Shown here: piece by piece, positions 37,397 through 47,441 of the stretch
Layout: the number at the start of each line of letters is the position of its first letter
How positions within the stretch are numbered: position 1 is the stretch's first letter
DNA from: Murinocardiopsis flavida
GTDB lineage: Bacteria; Actinomycetota; Actinomycetes; Streptosporangiales; Streptosporangiaceae
DNA: 64,000 nucleotides
Assembly (NCBI RefSeq): GCF_003014485.1
Contig: NZ_PYGA01000023.1
Location: forward strand, 46,160 to 110,159
Direction of reading: 5' to 3'
The notes under the pieces: generated by a model
The model's database searches: none
What the model was told of the DNA's origin: nothing
What the model saw: the letters and a program-made list of their open reading frames with translations, nothing else
Translations under genes and position numbers: made by a program

Positions 37397-37885
37397 GTGC
37401 GGTATCCCCGTTTTATCAGCGATCTTGCCTGGCCAACGAACTGCATACCACAGCTGGTTCCCCGGATCCGGGCACGACTGGCGGCACCGGCCGATGTGCC
37501 GCGCCAGCGCGCGCACGGCGCGGCACGAGCGGTCCGGAACGCGCGCCGATTCCCATCCGAAAACCCCGGCATTCCGCTGCCGCGCGGGAACCCCGCCCGG
37601 CACCGCTGCGTCGGAGGAATGCAGTGCACAGACGGGGCCCCGCCCCGTAGGGCGGCGGTACCGCGCGACAGCCGGCACCACCGCCCGAACCGTCCCGATT
37701 CTCAGCGTCTTCCAAGGTGAATGGCCGATGACGGACAAAACGTGGCAGACAATGGGGGAGCACCGTAACGTTTCCCGCCAGCACGGTGGTCGTCCCCCGA
37801 AGCCTGCGCGCCGTGTCCCATCGCGGCGGCCGCACGGCCGCGCGACCGCACCGTTCACCCGCGGGTGGAGAGGACCTCACCGCCG

Positions 37886-38515
37886 ATGGGCGCGTTCGTT
37901 CAGGCAGCGCTGGGTTTCCCGACCGTATTGTTCACGTTCTCACTGGTGGTGGTCGTTGCTTACTGGGTTCTCGTGCTGGTCGGCGGCGCCGAGGTCGACA
38001 TGCTCGACGGCGACGTCCCCGACTCGGGGGGCGCCATCGGACTGCTGGGCGGCATCGGCCTCGGCGGTGTTCCCGGCACGGTCTCGGTGTCGCTGGTGAT
38101 CGCGGTCGCCTGGTTCCTCAGCCTCTCCGGCGCGTCGCTCGCCACGGGGTGGGGCCTGTCGCCCACCTGGCTCATCGTGATCCTGGTCGGCGTCCTCGCC
38201 CTGGCGCTCATGGGCGCCTGGCTGGTCACGGCCTTCATCGTCATGGGACTGCGCAAGGCCCTGCCCGACGCCCGCGAGTCCTCCCTGCACGACTTCGTCG
38301 GCCGCACCTGCACCATCCGCACCGGCAAGGTGACCATGGACTTCGGGCAGGCCGAAGCCGCGTCGGAGGACGGATCCACCTCGGTGATCCAGGTCCGCCA
38401 GCACGGCGACGACCCGCTCACCGCCGGCAGTACCGCACTCGTCTACGCCTACGACGACGCCGGAGAGTTCTTCTGGGTGTCGGCGTTCGACCCCGCGCTC
38501 GACCCGAACCGCTGA
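37886..38515 (+). CDS. NfeD family membrane protein (YuaF/YqiJ-like), flotillin partner
   Basis: N-terminal TM helices and a C-terminal OB-fold-like soluble domain (GRTCTIRTGKVTMDFGQAEA...). It sits immediately upstream of the flotillin gene. Alternative start GTG 37865. Confidence 0.7.
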   Translation: MGAFVQAALGFPTVLFTFSLVVVVAYWVLVLVGGAEVDMLDGDVPDSGGAIGLLGGIGLGGVPGTVSVSLVIAVAWFLSLSGASLATGWGLSPTWLIVILVGVLALALMGAWLVTAFIVMGLRKALPDARESSLHDFVGRTCTIRTGKVTMDFGQAEAASEDGSTSVIQVRQHGDDPLTAGSTALVYAYDDAGEFFWVSAFDPALDPNR

Positions 38516-38620
38516 CAGCGGACCCCGCACCACACCGGCCCCGCGCACAGCCGCGGCGCCGGCGAGCACCGCACGTCCCCGCCTGCCGCCGCAGGCACCC
38601 CCCGACCTAAGGACTTATCG

Positions 38621-40723
38621 ATGGATGTGATCTCCGCGGGCTTCGGCATTCTGATCGCCGTCGTCCTCGTCATCGTTCTGGGGCTGGTGATCGTCGTCAG
38701 CCGGCTCTTCCGCAAGGTCGAGCAGGGCAAGGCCCTGATCGTCTCCAAGACGAACCGGGTCGACGTCACCTTCACCGGCATGGTCGTCCTGCCGGTGCTG
38801 CACCGCGCCGAGATCATGGACATCTCGGTGAAGACGATCGAGATCGAGCGGACCGGCAAGGAGGGGCTGATCTGCTCCGACAACATCCGCGCCGACATCC
38901 GCATCTCGTTCTTCGTGCGGGTGAACAACCAGCGCGAGTCCGTCATCAAGGTGGCCCAGTCCATCGGCACCGAGCGCGCCAGCAACCAGGACACCCTCCA
39001 GGAGCTGTTCAACGCCAAGTTCTCCGAGGCGCTGAAGACCGTCGGCAAGCAGCTCCAGTTCGAGGACCTGTACACCCAGCGCGACGAGTTCCGCGACCGC
39101 ATCATCCAGATGATCGGCGTGGACCTCAACGGCTACCAGCTCGAAGACGCGGCGATCGACTTCCTGGAGCAGACCCCGCTGCACAGCCTGGACGAGAACA
39201 ACATCCTCGACGCCCAGGGCATCCGCAAGATCACCGAGCTCACCGCCGTGCAGAGCATCCACACCAACGAGCACGCGCGCAACAAGGAGAAGGAGATCGA
39301 GCGGCAGAACGTCGAGGCGCGCGAGGCGATCCTCGAACTGGAGCGGCGCCGCGAGGAGGCCGAGGCCAAGCAGCAGCGCGAGGTCGAGACCCTGCGGGCG
39401 CGCGAGGAGGCCGAGACCGCACGGGTGCGCTCCGAGGAGCTGCTGAAGTCCGAGACCGCACGCGTGCGCACCGATGAGCAGGTCGGCGTGCAGCAGCAGA
39501 ACCGCGACCGGGAGATCGCGGTGGCGCAGAAGAACCGCGAGCGGGTCATCGCCATCGAGACCGAGCGCATCGAGAAGGACCGGATGCTGGAGGTCATCGG
39601 CCGCGAGCGCGAGACCGAGCTGTCCCGCATCTCCAAGGACAAGGAGCTGGAGGGCGAGCGGCGCGAGATCGCCGAGTCCATCCGCGAGCGCATCGCCGTC
39701 GACAAGACCGTCGCCGAGCAGGAAGAGGCCATCAAGAAGCTGCGGACGGTCGAGGAGGCCGAGCGCACCCGCCAGGCCATCATCATCCAGGCCGAGGCCG
39801 AGGCGCAGGAGGCCCTGGTCAAGGACATCAAGGCCGCCGAGGCCGCCGAGCAGGCGTCCGCGCACAAGGCCCGCGAGGAGCTGCGGCTCGCCGAGACCCG
39901 GCAGCAGACCGCCGAGCTCGACACCCAGGCCGCCATCCGCCTCGCCGAGGGCAAGCAGGCCGACGCCGCCGCCGAAGGGCTCGCGAAGGCCCAGGTGCTG
40001 GAGCGCGAGGCCGCGGCGCTGGAGAAGCAGGGCCGCGCCGAAGCGGTCGTGGAACGCGAGAAGGGCGTCGCGACCGCCGAGGCGCTCGACAAGCACGGCC
40101 GCGCCGAGGCCGCGGTGAGCCGCGAGAAGGCGCTCGCCGACGCCGAGGGCATCCGCGAGAAGCTCAAGGCCGAGGCCGAGGGCATCAACGACAAGGCCGA
40201 GGCCATCGCGGCGCTCGACGAGGCGGGACGCGGGCACGAGGAGTACCGCCTGCGGCTCGACGCCGAGAAGGAGATCCGGCTCGCCGGCATCACCGTGCAG
40301 AAGGACGTCGCCGAGGCGCAGGCCGCCGTGCTGTCCACCGGCCTCCAGTCCGCCGACATCGACATCGTGGGCGGCGACGGCGCGTTCTTCGAGCGGCTCA
40401 CCGGCTCCATCGGCATGGGCAAGGCCGTCGACGGGTTCATGCAGAACTCCCAGGTCGCGCAGACCCTCGCCGGGCCGTGGCTGGACGGTTCCGCCGACTT
40501 CACCAACGACCTGTCCCGGCTGGTCGGCTCGGTGCGCACCGAGGACGTCAAGAACGTCACCCTGTCGGCGCTGCTCATGAAGCTGATCAACAATGGCGGC
40601 GCCGAAGAGGGCAAGCTCCGCGAGCTGCTGAGCACCGCGAACCGGCTCGGTGTGGCCGACTCGCCCGTGTCGGCCCTCACCGGCCCCCGCCTGAACTCCG
40701 CCGAGACGACCGCGAAGGCGTGA
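38621..40723 (+). CDS. flotillin (SPFH/band-7 family, FloT/YqiK-like)
   Basis: AAGGAC SD. N-terminal TM helix, an SPFH domain, and a long EA-repeat coiled coil (EAEAKQQREVETLRAREEAE...). Confidence 0.85.
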   Translation: MDVISAGFGILIAVVLVIVLGLVIVVSRLFRKVEQGKALIVSKTNRVDVTFTGMVVLPVLHRAEIMDISVKTIEIERTGKEGLICSDNIRADIRISFFVRVNNQRESVIKVAQSIGTERASNQDTLQELFNAKFSEALKTVGKQLQFEDLYTQRDEFRDRIIQMIGVDLNGYQLEDAAIDFLEQTPLHSLDENNILDAQGIRKITELTAVQSIHTNEHARNKEKEIERQNVEAREAILELERRREEAEAKQQREVETLRAREEAETARVRSEELLKSETARVRTDEQVGVQQQNRDREIAVAQKNRERVIAIETERIEKDRMLEVIGRERETELSRISKDKELEGERREIAESIRERIAVDKTVAEQEEAIKKLRTVEEAERTRQAIIIQAEAEAQEALVKDIKAAEAAEQASAHKAREELRLAETRQQTAELDTQAAIRLAEGKQADAAAEGLAKAQVLEREAAALEKQGRAEAVVEREKGVATAEALDKHGRAEAAVSREKALADAEGIREKLKAEAEGINDKAEAIAALDEAGRGHEEYRLRLDAEKEIRLAGITVQKDVAEAQAAVLSTGLQSADIDIVGGDGAFFERLTGSIGMGKAVDGFMQNSQVAQTLAGPWLDGSADFTNDLSRLVGSVRTEDVKNVTLSALLMKLINNGGAEEGKLRELLSTANRLGVADSPVSALTGPRLNSAETTAKA

Positions 40724-40730
40724 CGCAGAC

Positions 40731-43700
40731 GTGACCGACACCGTCGAAACTGCCGCCTCGGCACCTGCCGAGCCGAACGGGGCCGCACCCGGTCCGGACG
40801 CGCCCGGGCCCGACGGTCCCGCCGCCCGCGCCGGGTCGGCCCCCGAAGGGCTCGACCAGGGGACCTACGAGGTCCTGCGGACCCGGTTGGCGGGGCAGGC
40901 CGCCGATCTCGCCCGCCGGGCCGAATCGCTCAACGCCCGGCGGCTGGCGGTCTTCGGCGGTGCCGAGCTGCGTCTCACCGGGACCGAGCGGATCCGCACG
41001 GGGCACAACTGCGTGCCCCGCGACATCGTGCCCGTCGGCGACCTCATGCTCTTCGGGTACAACGTCTTCATCGGGCTGAAGCAGGAGACGACCGTCGCCG
41101 ACGTCTTCTCGCTGCACCGCTTCACCCCGCCGGACCCCGCAGCGGAGCCCGGCGGGCAGCCCCCGTTCACCGAGGCCGGGCCGGGCGAACTGCCCGGCCT
41201 CCTGGACGACGCCCAGTTCCGGCGCGACTTCGCCGAGCTGTACCGCTACTACCGCGACACCCGCCTGCTGCAACTGCGCCGGGTCGGCCCGAAGCTCCTC
41301 GCCGTGTTCCAGACCGGCGAACGCACCGAGGACATCCGGGTCCTCCGCTGGCAGGTCGAGAACGACGGCGGCGTTCGCTACCTCGACGGCCGCGGCGAAC
41401 GCGACCACGTGTTCCCGGCGCAGCAGGACTTCGAATGGGTCGAGACGACCCGGGAGCAGCACGTCCTGGGCCGCCACCCGCACATCTCCATCCTCGACCA
41501 GGTGTTCGTGGAGACGGTCGGCGGCGACCTCACCATCAAGGTCGAGAACAACACCGAGTCCGGCGCGGGCATCTACAGCGAACCCGTCGACGAACCGCTC
41601 CAGAGCCTCGCCGACGCCGAGGTCCACTACGCCGAGGTCGGCGCGCTCGTCCTGCTGCGGGTGCTGCCGTACAAGGAGACGGAGTGGCGGCACCTGGTGT
41701 TCAACACCAGGACCAGGGACGTCGTCCGCCTCGACGGCATCGGCCGGGCGTGCCGGCGGCTGCCCGAGGACCAGGGGCTGATCTTCCCCGGCGGCACCTA
41801 CCTCGCCACCGGCATCGCCCGGACCTTCGACACCGACGTCACCGACCTGGAGTTCGAGCGGTTCGTCCGGTCGCCCAACGGCGAGGACGTCCTCTACGTC
41901 TTCCATTCGCGCGGCGAAGGGCGGTCGCTGCTGCTGCCCTACAACGTGATCCGCAAGGAGGTCGCCGCCCCGATCGTCTGCCACGGGTTCAGCGTGTTCG
42001 ACGACGGCACGCTCGTGGTGTTCCGCGCCGACTCCGACGAGCCGACGCGGGTGCACCCCATGCAGGTGTGGCAGACCCCGTTCTGCACCGACGACCACGC
42101 CGCCGCGCAGCCCGTCGGAACCGGGCCGCTGGAGCGCATCGGCAACGCCGAGCTGGTCCGCGGCGTCTCCGAGTGCCTTTCGGTCGCGCGGATGATCGAG
42201 GAGATGGCGCCGTCGGCCGAGGTGTTCGAGGCGCTCATCGCCGCCGCCAAGCGCACGGCCGACACCTACCACTGGCTGGGCGAGGACGAACTCGACCGGC
42301 CCGGCGAACCCCTCGCGGGCGTCCGGGGCACCGCCGAGCAGGTCCTGGACGAGTTCGAGAAGGTCCAGGCCCTCACCGCCCAGGCGGCCGACGCGCTCGC
42401 CGAGGCCGAGGCGGCGGCGCTGACCCTCATCCGGCGCACCCGCGGCGAGGCGCCCCAGGGCGCCGACGGCTGGGTCGGCAGGCTCGCGGAGCTGCGCCGA
42501 TCCCAGGGCCACCTCGTCACCCTGCGCGAGATGCGCTACGTCGACACCGCGCGCATCGACGCGCTCGACCGCAAGCTCGCGGAGCAGCTCGACTCCGCCG
42601 GGCGGCGCGCCGTGGAGTTCCTGCGCGGCGACGACGCCTTCGCGGGGTACCACGGCGACGTCGCCGCGCTGGTCGCCGAGGCCGAGTCGATCGCGAGCGT
42701 CGCCGACGCCGGACCCGTCACCGACCGGTTGGCCGAGCGCTCCGACGCACTGGAGATCGTCACCGAGGTGGTGGGCTCCCTCGACATCGGCGACGCAACG
42801 GTGCGCACCACCATCCTGGAGCGCATCGGCGAGGTGCTGGGCGGCGTGAACCGCGCCCGCGCGACCCTCGCCGCGCGCCGCACGGAGCTGCTCGCCACCG
42901 AGGGGCGCGCGGAGTTCGCCGCGGAGTTCGCCCTGTTCGGGCAGGCCGTCACCGGCGCGCTCGCCGTCGCCGACACCCCCGAGCGCTGCGACGACCAGCT
43001 CGGCCGGCTGCTGCTGCAACTGGAGAACCTGGAGTCGCGGTTCGGCGAGTTCGACGACTTCCTCACCGAGCTGGGCGACAAGCGCGAGGAGGTCTACGAG
43101 GCGTTCTCGGCGCGCAAGCAGGCCCTGCTGGACGAGCGGAGCCGCCGCGCCGACCGGCTCGTGGAGTCCGCCGAGCGCATCCTGGCGAGCGTGCAGCGGC
43201 GGGTGGCCGCGCTCGGCTCCATCGACGAGGTGAACACCTACTTCGCGTCCGACCCCATGATCGCCCGGCTGCGCTCCACGGCCGAGGAGCTGCGCTCCCT
43301 CGGCGACCAGGTGCGCGCGGAGGAGGTCGACGGCCGGGTGAAGGCCGCCCGGCAGGAGGCCGGGCGGTCGCTGCGCGACCGGCTCGACCTGTACGCCGAC
43401 GGCGGCGAGACCATCAAGCTGGGGCACCACCGGTTCGCCGTCAACACCCAGCCCGTGGACCTGACCCTCGTCCCCAACGGCGAGACCATGGCGTTCGCCA
43501 TCACCGGCACCGACTTCCGGGCGCCCGTCCAGGACCCGGAGTTCGACGCGACCCGCCCGTTCTGGCAGCAGCTGCTGCCGTCGGAGACCCCTGACGTCTA
43601 CCGGGCGGAGCACCTGGCCGCGGCGATCCTCTCCGGCGCCGAGTCCGACGGCACCGGGCCCTCGCTGGCGGAGCTGCACGCCGCGGCGGAGCGCGACACA

Positions 43701-45878
43701 GCGGCGGCGGAGACCGGCGGCACCGGGCAGGACCTGCTCGGCCTGGTGCGCGGCGTCGCCGAGGCCCGCTACGACGAGGGCTACGAGCGCGGCGTCCACG
43801 ACCACGACGCCGCGGCGATCCTCGCGGCCCTGCTGCGCCTGCACTCCGCCGCGGGGCTGCTGCGCTACCCGTCGGCCGCGCGTGCGGCCGCCCTGCTGTT
43901 CTGGACGTTCGGCACCGGTGCCGACGCCGGTAGCGGTACCGGCGCCGAGCGGACCGGGTGGACCGCGCGCGCCCGCTCGCTGGCGCGCGCCCGCGCGGCG
44001 TTCGGACGCTCCCCCGCCATCGGCGCGTTCACCGCCGAACTCGCCGACGCGATCGGCGGCTTCCTCGACGCGGAACTGCCCGGCACCGGACTCGCGGACG
44101 ACGCACCCGTCCGGCGGCTCGCGGGCGAGTACCTGTTCGAGGAGCTCGCCACCGCCGCACCCGGGGCGCCGGTGGAGTTCGTCGTCAGCGGACGGGCGCG
44201 GGACCTCCTCCAGCGCTTCGGCCGGGCCCTCGACGGCTCGCGGTCGGCGTCGCGCGGCGACTTCGACGCCGACCTCGCCGGGCTCGGCGACCGCGTCCTC
44301 GACCGGCACCAGCTCGTGTCGGCGTGGATCGGGTCGTTCCTGGAGTCGTCCGCCGACGACGACGCGGCGGCGTTCGCGGCCGACGTCCCCGAGGCGGTCG
44401 CCGTGGAGCTGTGCGGCGGCGACCTCGCCGCCCGCGACTCCTCGGCCGAGCTCACCGCGACCGTCACGGGGCTGCTCGGCGCCCACCCGCGCCTCGACGG
44501 GCGCGGCCTGCACGTGCGCCTGGACGAGCTGCTCACCCGTACCCGCCGGTTCCGCGACGAGCGGGTGCCCGGCTTCCGCGCGTTCCAGAAGCGCCGCAAC
44601 GCCCTTGTCGCCGCCGAACGCGACCGGCTGCGGCTCGCCGAGTACACGCCGAAGGTCATGAGCGGGTTCGTGCGCAACCAGTTGCTGGACGACGTGTACC
44701 TGCCGCTCATCGGTGACAACCTCGCCAAGCAGCTCGGGGCGGCCGGCGACGCCAAGCGCACCGACCAGATGGGCCTGCTGCTGCTGATCTCGCCGCCCGG
44801 GTACGGCAAGACCACACTCATGGAGTACGTCGCGAGCCGGTTGGGCCTGGTGTTCGTCAAGGTCAACGGCCCATCGCTGGGGCACGACGTCACATCGGTC
44901 GACCCGGCCGACGCGCCCAACGCCACTGCGCGGCAGGAGGTCGAGAAGATCTCGTTCGCCCTGGAGGCCGGCAACAACGTCCTGCTGTACCTGGACGACA
45001 TCCAGCACACCTCGCCGGAACTGCTCCAGAAGTTCATCTCGCTGTGCGACGCCCAGCGCCGCATGGAGGGTGTGTGGAACGGGCGGACCCGCACCTACGA
45101 CATGCGCGGCAAGCGGTTCGCCATGTGCATGGCCGGCAACCCCTACACCGAGTCGGGGCAGCGCTTCCGCGTCCCCGACATGCTCGCCAACCGCGCCGAC
45201 GTGTGGAACCTGGGCGACGTCCTGTCGGGCCGCGAGGAGCAGTTCGCACTCAGCTACATCGAGAACGCGCTCACGTCCAACCCCGTGCTTGCGCCGCTGT
45301 CGTCCCGCGACCGGGACGACGTGCGGCTGCTGGTCCGCCTGGCGCGCGGCGACTCCGGCGTGCGCGCCGACCAGCTGGCGCACCCTTACTCTTCGGTGGA
45401 GCTCGACCAGGTCCTCGCTGTGCTCCGCAAGCTGCTGCGCGCCCAAGAGGTGGTGCTCGCCAACAACCAGGCGTACATCGCCTCGGCCGCGCAGGCGGAC
45501 GCCTCGCGCACCGAGCCCCCGTTCCAGTTGCAGGGCTCCTACCGGAACATGAACAAGCTCGCGGAGCGGATCGTGCCGGTCATGAACGACGCCGAACTCG
45601 AAGCGGTCATCGACGACCACTACGTGGGCGAGGCGCAGACCCTCACGACGGGGGCAGAGTCCAACCTGCTGAAACTCGCGGAACTGCGCGGCGTGCTGAC
45701 CCCCGAGCAGCGGCAGCGGTGGGACGACGTGAAGGCGGGCCACCTCCGGGCGCGGGCGCTCGGCGGCAGCGAGGGCGACCCGATGAGCCGGGCCGTCGGC
45801 GCGGTCGGCCTCCTCGCCGACCGCGTGGCCGCAGTGGAGACAGCCATCGACCGAGCCTCGACCCGCCGGGAGAAGTAA
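40731..45878 (+). CDS. very large (1715 aa) protein with C-terminal AAA+ (AAA_5/MoxR-like) ATPase domain
   Basis: GTG start 7 nt after the flotillin stop. The roughly 1300-aa N-terminal region has no motif I recognise. The C-terminus has Walker A SPPGYGKTTL, Walker B VLLYLDDIQ and a sensor region MCMAGNPYTESGQRFRVPDMLANR. Confidence 0.7.
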   Translation: MTDTVETAASAPAEPNGAAPGPDAPGPDGPAARAGSAPEGLDQGTYEVLRTRLAGQAADLARRAESLNARRLAVFGGAELRLTGTERIRTGHNCVPRDIVPVGDLMLFGYNVFIGLKQETTVADVFSLHRFTPPDPAAEPGGQPPFTEAGPGELPGLLDDAQFRRDFAELYRYYRDTRLLQLRRVGPKLLAVFQTGERTEDIRVLRWQVENDGGVRYLDGRGERDHVFPAQQDFEWVETTREQHVLGRHPHISILDQVFVETVGGDLTIKVENNTESGAGIYSEPVDEPLQSLADAEVHYAEVGALVLLRVLPYKETEWRHLVFNTRTRDVVRLDGIGRACRRLPEDQGLIFPGGTYLATGIARTFDTDVTDLEFERFVRSPNGEDVLYVFHSRGEGRSLLLPYNVIRKEVAAPIVCHGFSVFDDGTLVVFRADSDEPTRVHPMQVWQTPFCTDDHAAAQPVGTGPLERIGNAELVRGVSECLSVARMIEEMAPSAEVFEALIAAAKRTADTYHWLGEDELDRPGEPLAGVRGTAEQVLDEFEKVQALTAQAADALAEAEAAALTLIRRTRGEAPQGADGWVGRLAELRRSQGHLVTLREMRYVDTARIDALDRKLAEQLDSAGRRAVEFLRGDDAFAGYHGDVAALVAEAESIASVADAGPVTDRLAERSDALEIVTEVVGSLDIGDATVRTTILERIGEVLGGVNRARATLAARRTELLATEGRAEFAAEFALFGQAVTGALAVADTPERCDDQLGRLLLQLENLESRFGEFDDFLTELGDKREEVYEAFSARKQALLDERSRRADRLVESAERILASVQRRVAALGSIDEVNTYFASDPMIARLRSTAEELRSLGDQVRAEEVDGRVKAARQEAGRSLRDRLDLYADGGETIKLGHHRFAVNTQPVDLTLVPNGETMAFAITGTDFRAPVQDPEFDATRPFWQQLLPSETPDVYRAEHLAAAILSGAESDGTGPSLAELHAAAERDTAAAETGGTGQDLLGLVRGVAEARYDEGYERGVHDHDAAAILAALLRLHSAAGLLRYPSAARAAALLFWTFGTGADAGSGTGAERTGWTARARSLARARAAFGRSPAIGAFTAELADAIGGFLDAELPGTGLADDAPVRRLAGEYLFEELATAAPGAPVEFVVSGRARDLLQRFGRALDGSRSASRGDFDADLAGLGDRVLDRHQLVSAWIGSFLESSADDDAAAFAADVPEAVAVELCGGDLAARDSSAELTATVTGLLGAHPRLDGRGLHVRLDELLTRTRRFRDERVPGFRAFQKRRNALVAAERDRLRLAEYTPKVMSGFVRNQLLDDVYLPLIGDNLAKQLGAAGDAKRTDQMGLLLLISPPGYGKTTLMEYVASRLGLVFVKVNGPSLGHDVTSVDPADAPNATARQEVEKISFALEAGNNVLLYLDDIQHTSPELLQKFISLCDAQRRMEGVWNGRTRTYDMRGKRFAMCMAGNPYTESGQRFRVPDMLANRADVWNLGDVLSGREEQFALSYIENALTSNPVLAPLSSRDRDDVRLLVRLARGDSGVRADQLAHPYSSVELDQVLAVLRKLLRAQEVVLANNQAYIASAAQADASRTEPPFQLQGSYRNMNKLAERIVPVMNDAELEAVIDDHYVGEAQTLTTGAESNLLKLAELRGVLTPEQRQRWDDVKAGHLRARALGGSEGDPMSRAVGAVGLLADRVAAVETAIDRASTRREK

Positions 45879-45884
45879 CCCACC

Positions 45885-45927
45885 CGTGCGCGGCACGGAG
45901 CGGCCCCGCAGCAATGTGCCGCGCACG
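45885..45927. terminator. hairpin (12-bp stem cgtgcgcggcac / gtgccgcgcacg, 19-nt loop) between convergent genes
   Basis: Seen directly in the sequence, 7 nt after the stop of the 1715-aa gene. Confidence 0.35.
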
Positions 45928-45955
45928 CCTCAACGGCGGTCACGCGCGATCGTGG

Positions 45956-46244
45956 TCACTCGTCACGCTCGACGGGCCAGTACTGCACACGCAGGACGAA
46001 AACAATGCCGAAGCGTCGCTGCTCCATGAACCAGACGATGAGGCGTCCCTCCGCGTGGTCGAGCACCGGCGATAGGCCCGCTTCTGCAACGGGTGGCTCA
46101 CCTATGTACTTGACCGATGTACTTGACCGACGCGGCGTCAGCGAGGCTCTGTGCCAGACGCTCGACATCGACCTTCACCTGAGGTTCGAGCCCGCCCACG
46201 ACGTTCTCCGCGTCGGGCAGGAACTCCCAGGTCCAGTCGTTCAT
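45956..46244 (-). pseudogene. type II TA toxin (RelE/ParE-like fold, inferred) disrupted by a 13-bp tandem duplication
   Basis: Two overlapping minus-strand ORFs (46098..46460 and 45956..46168) share the peptide SVKYIG. Removing one copy of the duplicated 13-mer (46104-46116 equals 46117-46129) restores a single 91-aa ORF: MNDWTWEF...SVKYIGEPPVAEAG...RLIVWFMEQRRFGIVFVLRVQYWPVERDE. Its ATG overlaps the upstream gene's stop (ATGA). Confidence 0.5.
46104..46129. repeat. perfect 13-bp tandem duplication (atgtacttgaccg x2) inside the toxin gene
   Basis: Seen directly in the sequence. It causes a +13 frameshift that introduces a stop. Confidence 0.85.
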
Positions 46245-46591
46245 GCGACGGCCTCGCGCATTGCTTCGTCGAGCAGTGCGGCGATCTCCTCCGACTTGGC
46301 GCGGGCGGTGGCGACGTCCGCTGCCTGAGCCGCGGCGTGTTCGAGTTCGCGGAGCCGACGGGCCCGAACCGGGTGGCGGCGCAGCGCGACGAACACGGCC
46401 CACCGATCCAGGAATGTGTGCATGGGCACCGTGCTGTCGGTCTGTACCGCTTCTTGCCATGCGGCGTGGAACTCCGTCTCGAAACGGACCGCCGCAGTCA
46501 AGTCCAGACGCTTCACGGCCACCCGGAGCGCCTGTTCGGTCACCGGTGGCATAGGGAACAGCGGCTCGTCGTGGTCGACCGGCTGAGACAT
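46241..46591 (-). CDS. putative antitoxin (small helical protein) of the TA pair
   Basis: 116 aa. Its stop overlaps the toxin ATG. Small palindromes (acgacgatagtcgt and tgactgcgtca) lie in its promoter region at 46600-46660. Confidence 0.45.
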   Translation of the reverse strand: MSQPVDHDEPLFPMPPVTEQALRVAVKRLDLTAAVRFETEFHAAWQEAVQTDSTVPMHTFLDRWAVFVALRRHPVRARRLRELEHAAAQAADVATARAKSEEIAALLDEAMREAVA

Positions 46592-46776
46592 GCGGCCCCC
46601 TCGGCTCTCCCGTCCAATGAGCACGACGATAGTCGTTGACTGCGTCAGTTTGACACAGCCCAACCGGCGCCTCCGTGGGCCGCGGAACGACAACGGCCGC
46701 CGTCCGCCCTCGTCAGGGCGGGCGGCGGCCGGTTCGTGCGGTGCGCGGCCGCTGGGTGCGGCCGGGCGGGTGCGTC

Positions 46777-47415
46777 CTACGCCGACTGGCGGCGGCGGGA
46801 TGCGTAGATCGTCACCGCGCCGACTCCGGTCGCGATGGCGCCGGCGAGCATGAAGCCGGTGAGCTCGGAGCCGGTGACCGGCAGCTCCTCGTCCTCGCCG
46901 TCCGCCGAGGGCTGGGTGCCGGAGCTGGCCTCGCCGACCTGGCTGGTCTGCGCCTGGTTGCTGCCTGCGTCCTTGCCCGGGGGCGGGTTCTCGTCGTCGG
47001 GGCCGTCCGGCGGGTCACTCGGGTCGGGCGGCGGGTCGCTCGGGTCCGGCGGGTCCGTGGGCGGATCCGTCGGGGGATCCGTCGGCGGGTCCGGGGGGTC
47101 CGGCGGGTCGGGCGGATCCGGGGGGTCCGGCGGGTCCGGCGGGTCCGGGGGGTCCGGCGGGTCAGGCGGGTCCGGCGGATCCGGGTCCGGTGGGGCGGGC
47201 GGTGCCGGCGGAGGCGGCGGGTCCGGCAGAATCGGGTCGAGGACGGGGTCGAGGTTCACACCTGCGTCCACGTCAACGGGAGATTCGCCGCCCACGGACA
47301 CGCCCACGTCCAGCAGCGACTCGGGCTGCTCTTCGGCGAACGCGGTCGCCGAGGAGAATCCGAACGCCAGCAGCGCGGTGGTCGCGATGCCGGCGAAACG
47401 TGCTGTGTTGGACAT
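46777..47415 (-). CDS. LPXTG cell-wall-anchored protein with (Asp-Pro-Pro)n repeat
   Basis: AAGGAG SD. Signal peptide MSNTARFAGIATTALLAFGFSSATAFA. About 20 DPP/TDPP repeats. Sorting signal LPVTG, a TM helix and the tail RRRQSA. Confidence 0.7.
   Translation of the reverse strand: MSNTARFAGIATTALLAFGFSSATAFAEEQPESLLDVGVSVGGESPVDVDAGVNLDPVLDPILPDPPPPPAPPAPPDPDPPDPPDPPDPPDPPDPPDPPDPPDPPDPPDPPTDPPTDPPTDPPDPSDPPPDPSDPPDGPDDENPPPGKDAGSNQAQTSQVGEASSGTQPSADGEDEELPVTGSELTGFMLAGAIATGVGAVTIYASRRRQSA
47025..47215. repeat. tandem 9-bp coding repeats (GGNTCCGGC-type) encoding DPP units
   Basis: Seen directly in the sequence. The repeat lies inside the LPXTG gene and is not CRISPR-like, because there are no spacers. 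Confidence 0.6.
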
Positions 47416-47441
47416 CCTGCTCCTTTCCTTCACTTGGGGGT

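Noticed and set aside
43865-45094. 409-aa minus ORF inside the 1715-aa gene
   Set aside because: It is antisense to the AAA+ domain, which has unambiguous Walker motifs, and it is Ser/Arg/Ala-rich.
47025-47215. short tandem DNA repeats that could resemble a CRISPR array
   Set aside because: The repeats are 9 bp with no spacers and lie in-frame inside a coding sequence, where they encode Asp-Pro-Pro. This is a coding microsatellite, not CRISPR.
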